Part shown: piece by piece, positions 12,816-26,692 of the stretch
Layout of the letters: every line of letters begins with the position of its first letter
Position numbering within the stretch: position 1 is the stretch's first letter
DNA from: Camelus dromedarius
Lineage: Eukaryota
Length of the DNA stretch: 64,000 nt
Assembly: GCF_036321535.1 (NCBI RefSeq)
Contig: NC_087436.1
Coordinates: 83,888,001 to 83,952,000, forward strand
Direction: 5' to 3'
Program-made: the position numbers and the translations under genes
Notes under the pieces: model-generated
What the model was told of the DNA's origin: nothing
The model's database searches: none
Seen by the model: only the letters and a program-made list of their open reading frames with translations

Positions 12816-13390
12816 TGCAATGGCTTTGTACTGTCAATTTAGCACAGGCGGATATCCATTCCCAGAATTCCCTTCTCCAAATGGTTCCTCATTACAGTTG
12901 GCTACAAGGGAAATCCAGGTGAGGACTGGAAGATGGAAATGAAGCAGCAGTGTTATGATGACCGGAAGGGCTTTGGGTGCTGGTCTCCCTGCTCACCCTG
13001 GTGATGTCAGGCAGCAGAAAGGCTGTGGTCCTTTGCCTCCCACCAGATTCCCTCCCATCTTCACCTTCTAGGCCAGGTGCACGAACAGCTTTACGGTGCA
13101 GAGAGCCAGCTCCCTCCACGATTCTCCCAGGTCGCTGAGGTTGGAGGAGACAGGAATCCAGCGGTCTCGCAGGTTCCAGTCTGTCCTGGCTCGGCTCCAC
13201 TTCACATCCAGCTTTTCTTTCCACTGCCAGCTCTGCTAACCTATGATGACTTCAAATTCAATACCAGATGCAAAAGCAACCACTTCTCATGAACTTTTTT
13301 ATAAGCTCCCACAATTATGTAAGGTCTAAAATTTATAATAAATCCATTATTCCATATCACCATAGTGGTTCTGTTTTCCTAACTGATGTA
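12816..13390 (+). mobile_element. ERVL-class LTR (LTR50-like)
   Basis: tggctttgtactgtcaatttagc...ttcccagaattcccttc...gaaatgaagcagcag; aataaa near the 3' end followed by ggttctgttttcct. Confidence 0.6.
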
Positions 13391-15785
13391 GTTTCCATTA
13401 AATCATTTCTATTCAGAATATATACTTAGTTGCAAGTGTTCTTTTTGTGCATGGCTTTCTTTTTTTTTTGAAATTTATGATAGTGTCAAATGCAAAAGTA
13501 TTGATTTATTAAGCCTACATACATCATTTTATTTTACCTTGTCTTTGAGAAAGGGACTTGGAATATGCTCTTTTGCCCAATTCCTCTCAAAATTCCTGGG
13601 CTGGGGAATTAGGAATTTAGTCCATCACCAGAGAATACAGAAAAGCTAACAAAATTAATTTGAACTTTGGCGCAATTACTAAAGTGAAAAGCCATCTGTG
13701 CTAACTAGCTGTTTCTTCAAAATATGTTTCAATGTGACACTTGGAAAGTTCTATCTATCATGGTAAAACATAAACATTAAAATTTGGGAAACAATTTCAA
13801 TTAATCCATTTTTATCACAATGCATGTGCACTGAAAGTAGAAAATACTACCATGAGTGCTTCAACTTTCTTACTGTTTCTTCTCACTAAGACTTTACAGT
13901 CTTTAAAGGCAAGGATGCATTTTTCATCTTTATATCCTCCCACAGTGACTGCACAGAGATGTCCTTACCAAACACCAATCAAACTGAATAAAGGACAAAC
14001 TTCAGCTTCCTGTTTTTTACAGAAAAGAAAAGAGCAGAGTGCATGAACAAACAACCACAACCAACTGCATCCTCTGCTGCTTCTCTCACTATTACATAGA
14101 AACTCCCACAGGAAACCACAGCTATATCCTTTTTACTAGTATAAGAAAATCTTATGAATTGCTGGCAAGCATAAAAGAGCTCCACTGACATTACACGGAT
14201 GCTTGTGACAGTTTCTCCTCACCACACTCAGGTGCTTTACAACATTTTCCGGACATTTCTCAAGGACAAATTCCCCAAGTAAAATTATCATAATAATGGT
14301 TACACCTTAACCATGTGTGTGTGGGGGGGGGGTAAATTATATAGAAAACCAATAAACACCATTGAAACTTAATTCCTCCCTCAACGTAACTGTTAAAAAT
14401 AAAAAACAAAAAAATTCTGATGTGTTAAAATTCCTCATCTCATTCAGACCTGAAAAATTTCTAACTGACCAACTGCATTGCCCTCGACTCAAAAATTGTG
14501 AAAGTACTATTTTTTCTCCCTTTGTGTTCAAAATGGCCTAAGCTTTAGACCGTTCTAGCTATGAAATGTAGAAAGCCTTTTTGTCCATTCCTTTTTATCC
14601 ATTATTTGTATAATCCCATTCAGGATTTGCACAACACATGTTTTAAATTTGTAATATGAGCCTTGATAATGTGTTTTTATCAATGAAGGGACTTTCCATT
14701 GAGGATCTCTCAGCCATTCAGGAAGCACACAAAAAAAAAGATCATGGCAGAAGTCCAGGGCTTTCAAGGGCTTTAACTTCAATGGGAATCAAAGACACGG
14801 ACTCATTGAAAACAGAAGTCAGAGGTATAGAATTCTGTTGCTTTCTTGCATGCCCACATTACCTAGTGTGTAAGTTCTCCATAGAATGTTTGTTTCACGA
14901 ACACATGCGGAAATAATGTGTTTGGAGGTGATGGCGGGGAGGCGGGGTTAAGAAGGGGATCTCTAAGTTCCAGAAAAGCCTGAAGAGATCTAAAATTCAG
15001 AAAACAGGCTCAAGAAAAAACAAATGGCAAGACTGTTAAAAATAAAATTGGACATCAGAGCTAGAATTGATCTTAGGGTTTTCTGGACTGACCTTCTCAT
15101 TTCTAGAGAGAACCTCAGGTGCCTTGGGCAATGACATGATTTCCTGTACACTTTCACAGACTATGACACCTGTGAACCTCTTCCCTGATTTTTGCCTTAT
15201 CTACTTTTCTAAACTATTTTTCACTTAATGTTTCTCATTCAACTGACTATACTGGATGCACTAGTTAAAAATATTAGCCTAGCCCTAAGAAATGATATCT
15301 GTAAAAATCACAGGCTTGATGCGCCAGTGACATATTTTTCATGTAGCATATTTTAAAATATATACTTTAAAATTTAAGTATTTTTATATTAAAATAAATT
15401 CATAACTATTAAATAAAGAGTAAAGCTGTATACTACCTCAGATCATCTTACAGGTCACTGACCGAACTCTCCTGCACTTTGAAAAGCTGTGTCTTCTACT
15501 GTGCCACCCCCTGGAACACAGAGTTTGGATTCTGAATCAATACAAAGTGGTGAAGACATTCCAGATTGATGACAAGAGGCCAGTAATAAGACTATTGCCT
15601 GTAGGGGACTGCTTTTATTTTATTTTTAACTGGAAAAAAGTCAATTGCTTATTAAGGAACTTTAAAAAATTAAGGCAGAAGTCATGACTTTAAAACAATC
15701 AGTGGATTTTCATGTTCAAAATGGACAAATACATGTATATTCATCCTTCTGTCAAGCACCATTAGTTTATTAGCAATAGGGTTTT

Positions 15786-15880
15786 TTTGTTTTAAATTGA
15801 AGTAGTCAGTTTACAATGTTGTGTCAATTTCTGGTGTACAGGATAATAGTTCAGTCATACACATACATATATTCGTTTTC
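15786..15880 (-). mobile_element. ~95-bp extremely 5'-truncated L1 insertion
   Basis: T-tract plus ttgaagtagtcagtttacaatgttgtgtcaatttctggtgtacag; TSD agcaatagggtttt (15772-15785) / agaaatagagtttt (15881-15894). Confidence 0.85.
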
Positions 15881-16494
15881 AGAAATAGAGTTTTAAGAAG
15901 GAACTTTTCTCAAATGGGCCTCCTGTACATTGATTACCTTTTGTTCGGCCTTCAAGTTGCAAGCAGAACACTTAGCTGCAAGCTATAATAAGGAATTGCT
16001 CACTTTCATAAGTAAATGAATGTCTATGATTAAAACATCAATCACGGAAACACTAGTTCTATAAATAGCTCCTAGGTCCAAAGTCCATAGGTAAGGCTAA
16101 CCGCAGACGCAGGCCTGGTTTTTCTCGTTACATGTGGTGTGTGTGCATGTGTGCGTACACGTGACTGTGAAATGTGTTCGGTTTTTCTTTCCAGAAACAA
16201 AGACATGTTGTTTGTAGAACATACGTGTCACCTGGATATTTTGAGAAAAAGTTTTGTTTTGAAATTTTACCACCTATACAAGGATTTATAACGTTTTAAC
16301 CCGAAATGTTTGCCCTTGAACTCACCCTATTTGCTTAAAGGATGACTTATCACTGATTTAGAAGCTTTTCACATTTGCTTTTTAAACAACACAGAATGAA
16401 ATCTGAGTTAGGAGAACACAGTCTGTAAATCCTGCCTATTCTTCATCTTTTGACCCAGTGTTCATGGGATTAATGTTACTAATGTGCACACACT

Positions 16495-16680
16495 GCAGTG
16501 TATGCAGCACAATGGTGAGGCGTGAAGCTTTTAACGTTAGACAGACAACTCTGGACTCTGACACAGCTCAGTCAATTACTACCAGAGGGACTTTGGGCAA
16601 GTTATCTGTTTCTTCCTCCTTAAAATGGGGGAAAATAATAGTACAAACCTCATAGATTTGTTTAAAGGAGAAATGAGTTT
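16495..16680 (+). mobile_element. MIR SINE
   Basis: actttgggcaagttatctgtttcttcctccttaaaatggggg...aataatagtacaaacctcatag. Confidence 0.75.
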
Positions 16681-17575
16681 GGCAGAGAAGCCTAGAGAAT
16701 GAAGTTTCCAAAAGAGTTGGAGGTCATTAATGATACAGATCTGTAGTTAACCCGCGTCTCGTCCTCACAGGGGAAAGCAGATGGAAAAAGAGCAACATTT
16801 TAGGTTCTCTCATGCCCTGGAACCAAGATGGCGAAGTGGCCTGAGTGGGTCCTTTGGTCTCTTGCTCCCATTTACCTTGCTTTACTTTCTCCTCCCTCAT
16901 GTGTCTGGCTGATCTTTCCACTCATCATCATTAGTTCTGTAGTCCAGGTACCACTCCCCTGCCCCTTCTCCTATTTCCCCGGGGCCACTACCCTCTGGAC
17001 AGCAAGGCTAGGAAGTTCTCCTCCCGGTGGGGGTACACAGAGATGGAATCATTCACTAGGCTTTGCAGAGACAAGAATCATCACCCGAACTTTCAGGGTC
17101 CTAACCCTGGAGAGAGAAACCAGGAAAAAGAGATGAGTGCCACCTTAGGGGGAAAAAGACAGCACACAGACATGGGGCATTTCACCGAGCAGCTATGAAA
17201 ACAGCGGGGTATTTTCAACACCCTGAAATGGGTGCATCCCCCAATAATGATCTGATTCAAGATCATTCCCGCAGGGTACACGTGATCCCTGAGAGTCTAA
17301 GCAATAGTCTAAAACCATGACCTTTAAACAGGCTTAAAATACACTAGTGCATCACAAACTGTTTATGAGCAATGATAAAGTTCCAATGACAGCAAATGAT
17401 TTATTAAAAGAATAATTTAGAGTAGTTTTCTCTAATGTCAGCTATGCTAGTCTTGCTAATAAAGTCATTTCTATGATAATGTCACTCTCAGTCATCTCAC
17501 TTGCATTTGTAGATATTTTCTTGAATAGAAAAAAAGAGGGGGGAGGAAGTTACACTGAGTTTCTGCTATACTCAC

Positions 17576-17693
17576 GTGGAGGAAATTTCGTCTAGTATTC
17601 AGACTGGCCAGCAGCAGAAACTTCGATTTCTGAATCTTATATCTGCCCCTTCTTGGTTACTCTTGCTACCCTCTGTTTCCTAGTTGTTTTTAG
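17576..17693 (-). other. Candidate 118-nt non-coding (5' UTR) internal exon of an unidentified minus-strand gene
   Basis: Acceptor tattttcacctttattcag|CTA at 17694/17693; donor CAC|GTGAGT at 17576/17575; no ATG; stops in all three frames; not repeat-like. Confidence 0.65.
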
Positions 17694-18599
17694 CTGAATA
17701 AAGGTGAAAATACATGTGTCTATGTTTTTATTTTTGATGGCATGAAGGAGGGGTAGAGTGGGAAAGCCCCATCTAGTTCTCAGGGTGGCCTGGCTGGGAA
17801 AGAAGCAATCCAGGTGTGGCGAGCAGGTGGTGAAGCTGTGAAGAGGGATGGAAATTGAGCTGAATCTCTAGGGCCTAAGGAAGGACGAGGGAGGCATGGG
17901 GGTGCTTGGCTGGGATGAGAAAGGAGCCTGGTTGTTAGCTGCTGGGGGAATTCCCCGAGACCCTGCTCAGGAAGAGAGCCCGCTGTAACTTTGCTGAGCC
18001 TCATTTATGAATAAATTTATCTAGTCCAGTCATCTGGGAATTATTTGAGAGTTCAGACTATGTTTTATTCAACATTGAATCCATAGCACATAGCACAGGG
18101 TCCAACATATATATTAACTACTCAACACCAATTTATTAAATGATCCAAGCATCCATCTTCCTTAAATCAGGGCCTTCTGCCAACCCTCTCTCACATTCTA
18201 TACTTCATCTCCTAAATAAAATCCTGCTTCCAGTTGGAGGATGTTTTTCTGTGATTCACAGAGCAGAAGTTCTCCACCCAGTGCAGCTCAGATTGTTAAC
18301 TTTTATCTTGGACGCACCACTCGAAAGCCACAAACCCCAGGGGGATGATCTTTAAAAACCCATCATTACCATTTTAAACATCACAACAACCACCAGGGGA
18401 AAAGGAGAATAGTTTCATAAAAGAGCATACAAGTTTCAGTGTAACTAAATTTAAGTTACTTAAAATGACGAAGAAAAAGTTAACTATATCCCTAAAGAAT
18501 CTTAACACTTCTGGTCTTTTATATAGTATTAGTCCATTTCAGGTGACATGACACCTACTCCTTAAACACTTGGACATTATTCTATAAGGAAATACACTC

Positions 18600-19140
18600 T
18601 GTCGCAAGAAAGCCCGGCGTCGCTGCAGCACCGTGTCCTCTGTTGGCTTCCTATACTATTCTCAGCGCTGTCTTCTTGGAGTGAATCTGCTAAAGCACTG
18701 ACACTTTAGGATTAATAATTAGGTGCGAGGATGTTTTTAGAAGTGAGGTGGGAGGCACGATGTGGGGGTGGCAGGCAGTGAGGTGTGCACGAGGAACGAG
18801 AGCGGCAGCGGGAGTTGGGGAAGTTTGAGAGATTCCAGAGAGCTGGTAAGAGCTTTCTCTACTTTAGAGACTTGCCTCTAAAGAGATTTTGGAGATTTCA
18901 TCATCTCCAAAGGGCATTTGTCTTTATTTACAACAGGAATAAATCCGCTCTGACAGTCACCTCATTGTTAGCCATATGAACAGAGCAGTTGCAGTTGCGC
19001 ACAAGCCAGCGGCCAGGCTGCGCGGCGAGCTGGCTGTGTGCAGCGACGGGCTGGAGGCACAGCCAGCTCCATCACGAGATGCGCCTTTCTCAGCTCTGCA
19101 GACACAGCCACAGACTGGGACATGAGTTGGTACCACTCCT
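18600..19140. promoter_or_regulatory. CpG-enriched non-repeat pocket: candidate alternative promoter/first exon or enhancer
   Basis: Clustered CpGs (gcggccaggctgcgcggcgag, gcgacggg, cccggcgtcgc) in CpG-depleted surroundings; minus donor GAG|GTGACT at 18961; plus donor CTG|GTAAGA at 18845. Confidence 0.45.
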
Positions 19141-21649
19141 GATGGTTTATCCTCCACTGCCAGGCCTCCCAAATAGAATGCACCATCGGTTGAAAGATCG
19201 AGATATGCTTTGGGCTTTCAGGAGGCTCTGCAAGTTTGGTGTTTATGTAAAGAGCTGTACATCAAATAAAGATATGGTGCATGTAAAAATATGTAAAGCA
19301 ACCCAACGTAGAAATGTAGTTATTGGTCAAGTTAAAGAATAAATAAAGTTGTTAAAACTTTTTGTTTGTTTTATTTTTTTTTGCAACGTGTGGTACAGGA
19401 TAAAGCAAGCAAGCAAACAAAACTTCTCACTATCCTCTTATTAACAGACCAGGTCAACTAAGTTTGTATTCATTACCCTTTCACAGAGTCTACATATTTT
19501 GATGGTGAAAACTTTTTCGACTGTCACTGTAGTTTACGGGGGTTACTGACATTCAGAATGATGATCTCTCTACTTTGCAGAGTCACACCAACTTCATGAG
19601 GACACTCAGAACACTGCAGAGCTCAGTGGTACTGAGAAAACACCTAGTCCAGGCTTCGTGAACTCAGTATTTATGGCTTTTAGGAGGCGAACACAATTAA
19701 GTGAGGCTGCTGGAGTACAAGGGACTTACATGAAGTCTCATGTCAGAGAGACAATAGGGAGTAGTGGGGACTGAAGTGTAATAAAGAGGAAGAATATACT
19801 GTTATTCAGCTCTGGTTTAGAGAATGTGGGTTGGTGTTTCATTTTTTTATAATCCATCTTCTGATTTTTAAATATTGGCTTAATTAAAAATAAATACCTG
19901 CGGGCCAAATAAAACATGATTTTCCTGCTGGGCGCACAGACTGCCAGTTTTCAATTTCTGACCTGGTACATACATCCTCAAACCTGTCTGGGCAGTTTAA
20001 GTGACATGCACTGGGGCCCACTGATGCTCATGGCAAAGGATTCTTCTGCTCTGGGAATCTACATATGTAGACAAGAAATCATCCCCCATGCAAAAGAATT
20101 CACAGGCATTTTTCACTCACTCACTCAGAGCTTCACCTCTGACCCTGACAGTGACAGGTTTTTGCTGACTGCTTTCAGAACTTGTTCAACGTGAAAACAA
20201 GACCAATCCTCCACACCCATTTGTCATAAGCAATTTTTACTCATTCAAGGATGCAGTGGGAAATGTACATCCTTTTATTAACCTTAGCTCTGATTAAAAT
20301 TCTCATTAGCATTAAAATTCTAGTCACTTCAATTTTGCCTGCATATTTCAAGGAGAAATAATTTATAGGATTCAAAGAAAAAGGTATGCTTAGAGAACAA
20401 CATAACGAGGGATAAATTAAAAATTCATGCCATGGATAAAACAGTAATTAGAAACAGGCTTTAAAAAGCATGGAGAATTTGCTGAAATAATTGAACTTTA
20501 AGCCATGTTTTGAGAAGATTGGGAAACTAATTTCAGATGAAGAAATAAGCATTCCAAAATGATGTAATGGCAAAGGCAAAGACCGAAGTCCAAAAAGTGG
20601 AACCCACAATGAATCAAATAGCTTTTGCATTTTTTGGAACAACAACCAATTTTTAAGGGTGAGACAGCACATTCACATCAGGGTGAAAAAAAACCACTTA
20701 AAATTTTTATATTATATTCAGCAGCCCTGTCCCACAGCTGTAATTCATAATAAAAACCCGGAGGCAATGCAAAATTCTGTATCCTGATGATACTTGCCAT
20801 CTTGTCCTTAAGGCAGACACATAGGCAAAGGCTATTAGATTTTAGAAAAACTATCAACAAGAAACAAAAAGATGCTCTGATTATGCAGAAAATATACTGA
20901 ACACAAACACTCAACTCCCTCAAGCATTTCATTTACCCAAAGTTTTACATTATGAAGAGAGAGGAGAGTCTCCTATAAACACAGTATGGTTATTTTAATT
21001 TGAGGCTACTTAGAAATCAATATTCTGAAAAAGCAATCAAGAATCTATCCACATAAAGCACCCTGACTATTCTGCCTAAACCAGATCTCCCACTTTGTTG
21101 GACCAGTTGCAATTTGGGCTTAAAAAAGGGATTCTCTGCCATGCCTTTCCCTCCAGAAAATTCATAGACGCAAATGGGATTTTTTTCAGGAGCTCAGGAG
21201 CTCTCTGTCCAGCTGTCCGTTACTGAATTAGCAACAGCACCGAGGTCCCTCGAGGAGCCTGTGACTGGATTTTTACTCTCTAGCCTCGAGTTCTTTTCAG
21301 AGTTTGCTTGGTTCTGTAAGTGTCACTGGCTGTGACTACTGACTAAAGCAATCTTCTTAGGATTGGCTTGGGTATCCACTGGGTTTAGGACCCAAGAATT
21401 AATATTTTAAAATTGAATCCAGTGTGTAAGGCCAAGAAAGTGCCTGGCCTCAGATCACACAGCTGATCCCCACAATTTTTCTGCCACATCAGACCCTTGG
21501 GATGGAGATCACTGCATTGTCATTTAGAAAGGCTTACTGCATGGACTCCCAATTCTGGAAGAAGAACTGCAGGAGGAATTTGATTTCCCTGCCCCAACTG
21601 ACCACTTAGGAGCTCTTCAGACCCTCACTTCAGGTCTGGCTCCTTCTCC

Positions 21650-21900
21650 CCTTAGTGGAGAATTAGGAAGAAGAGATCTAGATTTTCGCCCCAGTTCTGA
21701 CAGTAATTTAGGACAATTTATTAAGTTGTCTGGGGCTCATCTGTAATCTTCCTACTTCCCTGTAAATAAAGGCAGGACTAAACAGTGGTGTCCAAACCTG
21801 GCTCTTGAAATCCTTTTGGGACCATTAGAGAATGGAGGTTTCTCAGCCCCACCTACAAATTCAGATTCAGATTCAATAGGTCACAGCATTTAACCCCCCA
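21650..21900. mobile_element. MIR fragment followed by MER5-like hAT-Charlie fragment
   Basis: ggggctcatctgtaa (MIR); cagtggtgtccaaacctggct...cagattcaatagg (MER5-like). Confidence 0.5.
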
Positions 21901-24900
21901 GCTGAAGGTCAGTTATTATTGACTGGAAATAATAATTCGGGTCCTCAATTATGCTGCTAGCTTCAAAGCCCACACTCTAATTACAAACATGAAAAATTAG
22001 AAAGCTGTTACTGTATTGCCAACTCCAATACGCCCAGAGAAAAAGCTGTGACCATTTTTCTCACTGGCATTCAAGACAGTAAGTAATCTGAATCGTAAGA
22101 GTATATACGTTTTCCCCCAAGAAATTCAACAAACGTCTTTTCAATTCAAATGCAGCCTCTAAATGGTTTTATTATTCCAGACTTGACTCATGCAAAACAG
22201 TTAGATTATCACCAATTTACACATTCTGATGTGGACAAAGAAGATGAAAGAGGAGTCCAGGACCTCTTTACAAAAAAGTTAATTTCCATATTTGATTGCA
22301 CTCTAAATCAACTAACTGAAGCACATGAGTCTCTATTTTAACTGGCATTGGTTCTTCTGGTTAAAGACCTAGCTTTATTCAAGGGGGTATCAATATCATA
22401 ACATTGTGTTATTGCTTAGGAAAGACAGCAAGAGCTAAAAGAAGGTCACCAAGTTTTCAGACACACAAGTAAAGACTTTCTTCTCTGATTCTATCTCTTC
22501 AAAATAACTATCTAGCTACAGAAAAATACTCAGATGTTAATTTCTCAAAATGCATACCCACATATTTAAATATTTACCTAAAACGATGCGCAAGTCATAA
22601 AGCAACTGAAACAAAATCTGGCAGGCTCTGCCCTTCCTTTTGGGGTTATGAGTGCCAAGTGGTCCGATTCATCTCCACAGAGCCGCCATTGCCTAGCCCA
22701 GGGCTTTGCACCTACCCGGCGCTCAAGAAAGGAGACTTGTTGAAGAGAATAAAAGACTTTGCTCCATTGATGACAATCACTTGGTTACCCTCGCCCCTCT
22801 GTGCCAATGACTATACTTGTGTTCTGAATGAAACAATCATGCTACAATGTGGTATATCACCTAATTTCAACAGTTTAACCACTAAATTCATTTGAAACAA
22901 GGCTTAGCCAGGAAATCATCATAACAGAGATAAAAAGACGGCAGGAAATAACAGATTAGTGACTGACTGACGTTATGACCATTCTGCCTAGATTTTCTTA
23001 AAGTTACAGGATTAGGGAAGGAAATCTTAGATATGAAATAAATAACAATCTTGAGTAACATTTTAGTCTAAACAGAAATTCTGCTGTAATTCTCTTCCAA
23101 CTTAATGTTCATTTTTTTTTCTTTTTTAAATGATTCTTAAAGAACTTCCTTACTTCACCTCCTTCTTTACTTCCTCCGTCTATATCACCACCCCTTCCTC
23201 ACTGCCCCCAAATCCATCCATCTTTTATAAACAAGCTCAAGTCCCACCTCCACTTTGACCTTTTTCTAGACTAATTCAGTCCCCAAGAATCTCCCTCTCC
23301 TCTGACTTTACCGTCATAAACTTACTGGTAAGTGATCATGTCCTGCCTTTCTCAAGGAACTTGTGCTATTCAGAATATTGTGCAAATGCTGTGTACTAGA
23401 TCTCTAGTTGACTGTCGGGGGCTGCAAACTGGGGCATCTCTTCTTTATATCACTTAAAGCAGTAGCCTTCAGACTTTCTGAAACATGATGCATAATGAGA
23501 TATACTTATCATAATAGTCCAGTGTGCCTACACATATAAATATATATTTAAAAGTTCCAAGAACAGTACTTATTTACCCTTCTATTCTATTTTGTTCTAT
23601 TTTATTTTTAAAATATAAAAGTGCTATCAGGCCCAGGAAACGGACCTCACAACGGGTGGTGACCAGTTCTGGATGGTCACGTGTTGATTACTTTGGGATT
23701 GCTGTATGCATTTCTCTCACTTAAAAAAAATAATTTTATAATTATCTGTGGTCTTCGGGCTCTGACTTTTTCTGAGTTACTTTCTTCGCTTTTTGGAATC
23801 ATCTGGGATAATTCAGTGTTTCGAATAGACAGAATTTCCATGCTTTTACCCTGAGTACTGCTGTCATAAAAATAAGATTTGCAACAAGTCAAAAGACTCA
23901 AATCTCCATTCCCTCGTTCTCTTTTATTTTCACAATACGCAGAGTAGGTGGTAGAGATTTTGTGGATGAAGAAATTGAGGGCCAGAGAATTATGACTTTC
24001 TCAAGGACACACCTCCCTTTTCATCGGGCGTTTGTAATTTAAGGTAAACATGGTTTTGGAAATATCTGAAAAATACAAACTTGGGTAATGTAAACAACAT
24101 GGAGCCTCAACATGAATGTATTTACCTAACGTATCTGGATCAAATGGTTTATGGACCAGATGTGCTAGCAGCTCTTCTGGACTTCAGTTTGAGGATGGAT
24201 CGACTTCCTTTTTGGCCCCTACCTTTCCATCTTTATCTCCTCACAGGTTTTCAACCACCTGGAGCTACTTGTTCTTCCTGAGCCTCTGTATATTTTGGTC
24301 CCTATACCAGGAATGCCCTTCTCTCTCCTCTTGATCAGACTCGTTCCTCACCAGTTCCCAGGGACCTCCCTGTCCTCTCCTCTCCTCCCCTACAACCTGG
24401 CTTCCCCGGAACCCTGTGCACTCCCCGTCAGAGCACTTAACCTGCTCTTCCTCCCTCCCTCCCAAGTTTTTCAGGCTATGACTCTCCTATTCCACAGTCT
24501 AGGACCATGTAGAGTTCAGGATAAAAATATGTTGATGGCATAAAGGAATCAATAAGTGAGTGCATAAAGGGCAGAAACAGCTGCCCCTGAAAAAGTGTGT
24601 GTGATCTGGGACTAGAATTGTGTGTCCTGACTCTCTGTAGCCAAGCTTTCATGATGTTGTGATTCTGTGACCAATATTTTAGTGCTTCCCCGAAGGCTGC
24701 AGATTTTGTGACTGGAAATTCACAGCAAAGGATAGCTGCATCTAATACATTCTTTTCCATTTACTTGAGGCACAAGCAAGGATATGTTTCCGGGACAAAT
24801 AATTAAGTGTATTAGGCAAGCGTACTGATGCAATTAAAAAAACACCTAGGTTTTAAAACTGCTTGTTGGAACCCAACCTGACCGCCAGATGAGACAGTTC

Positions 24901-26316
24901 TGGTTCACATCATGCCTCAGTCCTCTGTTTCCCATATGAAGCTATGCACTTGCCATTTTGACCTCATCATTTCAGAGACAACAGTTAGTGATTAGGTGAA
25001 GCCTCACCACACCAAAGCACACTCTACAAGGATCTCCATGAGTTCCTCTGCACTGTTTCCAAAATAAATTCCACTGATAGAACATCTAGACTTGCAATGG
25101 CCATTATCATTTTTTTCCTGTTTATGAATCAACAACCTATTCCGCCCCCCCATTAATGCACAAAAAAATCTTGAATGATTTTCTCCATGATTCTATTTCA
25201 AAAGACTATTCTCTCATCCAAACTCCTGCCATTTGCAGATAGCAACAGAGAAGATTTCCTTTCTGCTGTGACTCATGGATCTTTATTCCCACAGTTGTTA
25301 CAGAGGGCAGGCCAATGGCGAACACAACGGAAAAGAAAGAATAGTTTATAACTGGAAAATAAGCACATTCGGGAGAAGTACACTCAAAGCATTATCGAAG
25401 TAAAATATGCAGCAGCACCAACAAGAGCAAACAAAAGCCCACGCAAGAGACGTGTAAATATTTCATGAAACTGAAGCCTTAATCAACTCTCTCTCCAAAT
25501 CTTGCTGGTGTTGTAAACACTTCAATTTCTTCCAGTCCCACCATGACCCAGATTTTTTGCAAAAACAAAATGAAAACATGGACCAATGGATCTTTAACAA
25601 ACGTGCTGTGAAAAATCTTTAGATGGAGCATATCCAAGGTACTGCTTTAACAGGAAGAGGACACCTAATAAAAGGTGGTTGCTGCTTGGGGACCTTCAGA
25701 GCTCCGCTTCTCCCCTCCCCCTCCAAACCGTGGCCTTTTCCCCACTGCCTATGCTGCTCTCTGGACATTCACATCATCTTAACCTTGAACTACCTACATC
25801 CTAAGCGGAGATTTCTCCCAATACCCCCTCCAAAAAGCCCTTTAAACCTGACAGGGCTTTGCTGCCTTCCCACCAGGCAAAATTCACTTTCTGGTGTTGG
25901 AAGTACCTCTCTTTCTTCACCTTTTTTCACTGTCCATTGTTGCGTCTGAAATTTTGCCTGTATCTTGTAGGTCTGCCTGGATAGCATGAAGACCTGTGAT
26001 GTGTATTGGTTGACAATGTTCTTCAGTGATTTCTTTTCTAAAATCCATCTCCAAAGAACCGTTTATAGCCTCTAGTCTCTACCTGATATAATGTGGTTCC
26101 AAAGTTCACCTCTAGATACTGAAGAGGTATTCCCTTTATCAACCTCTGCCTGCCCTTCTCTCTCCGCCCATCTCCTGAAAAAAAAAAAAACTATATATGT
26201 AAACATGTGTATACACACATGCACACAAACGCATGTATATTATATATTCCGATGGTGTTCTGACCTTAAAGGGAATGAGTGTAGGAAAATGAGAAAAATG
26301 CCGGTGTAGTATTGCC

Positions 26317-26317
<1 letters not shown>

Positions 26318-26355
<38 letters not shown>
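26318..26355. repeat. (AC)19 microsatellite
   Basis: Directly visible. Confidence 0.97.
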
Positions 26356-26358
<3 letters not shown>

Positions 26359-26692
26359 ATTTGGGTATTCATAGTGTGCAGACCCCATTGATTATAAATC
26401 CCCCCGCCCAAGAACAGCAGGCGTCTTCTCCCGTTTACCTGCCAAGCCAGAGCCTAAGGGAGCAATGACCTTGTCGAGAAATTCATCACCTGTGAGAAAG
26501 ACAGTCCCTCCTGGAGCGCAGGCTGGGTTGGGGACAAGAGCAACAGGCAAAAAGGGTCACCCGGCAAAATATGGGACCGAATCCATCCCCCATCAGTACC
26601 GAGCACACCGCAAAGCCCGGCTCCCCCAGAGGTGGGACGCCGCGCAGCGGTGGCGCCGGGGGCGTCTCCTGCCGCGGCCGCCGGTCGCCTAC

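Noticed and set aside
19558..19635. C/D box snoRNA-like spacing (ATGATGA ... CTGA, 78 nt)
   Set aside because: There is no properly placed terminal stem or recognisable rRNA guide, and it is antisense to the inferred host gene. A snoscan/Infernal search would be needed to revive it.
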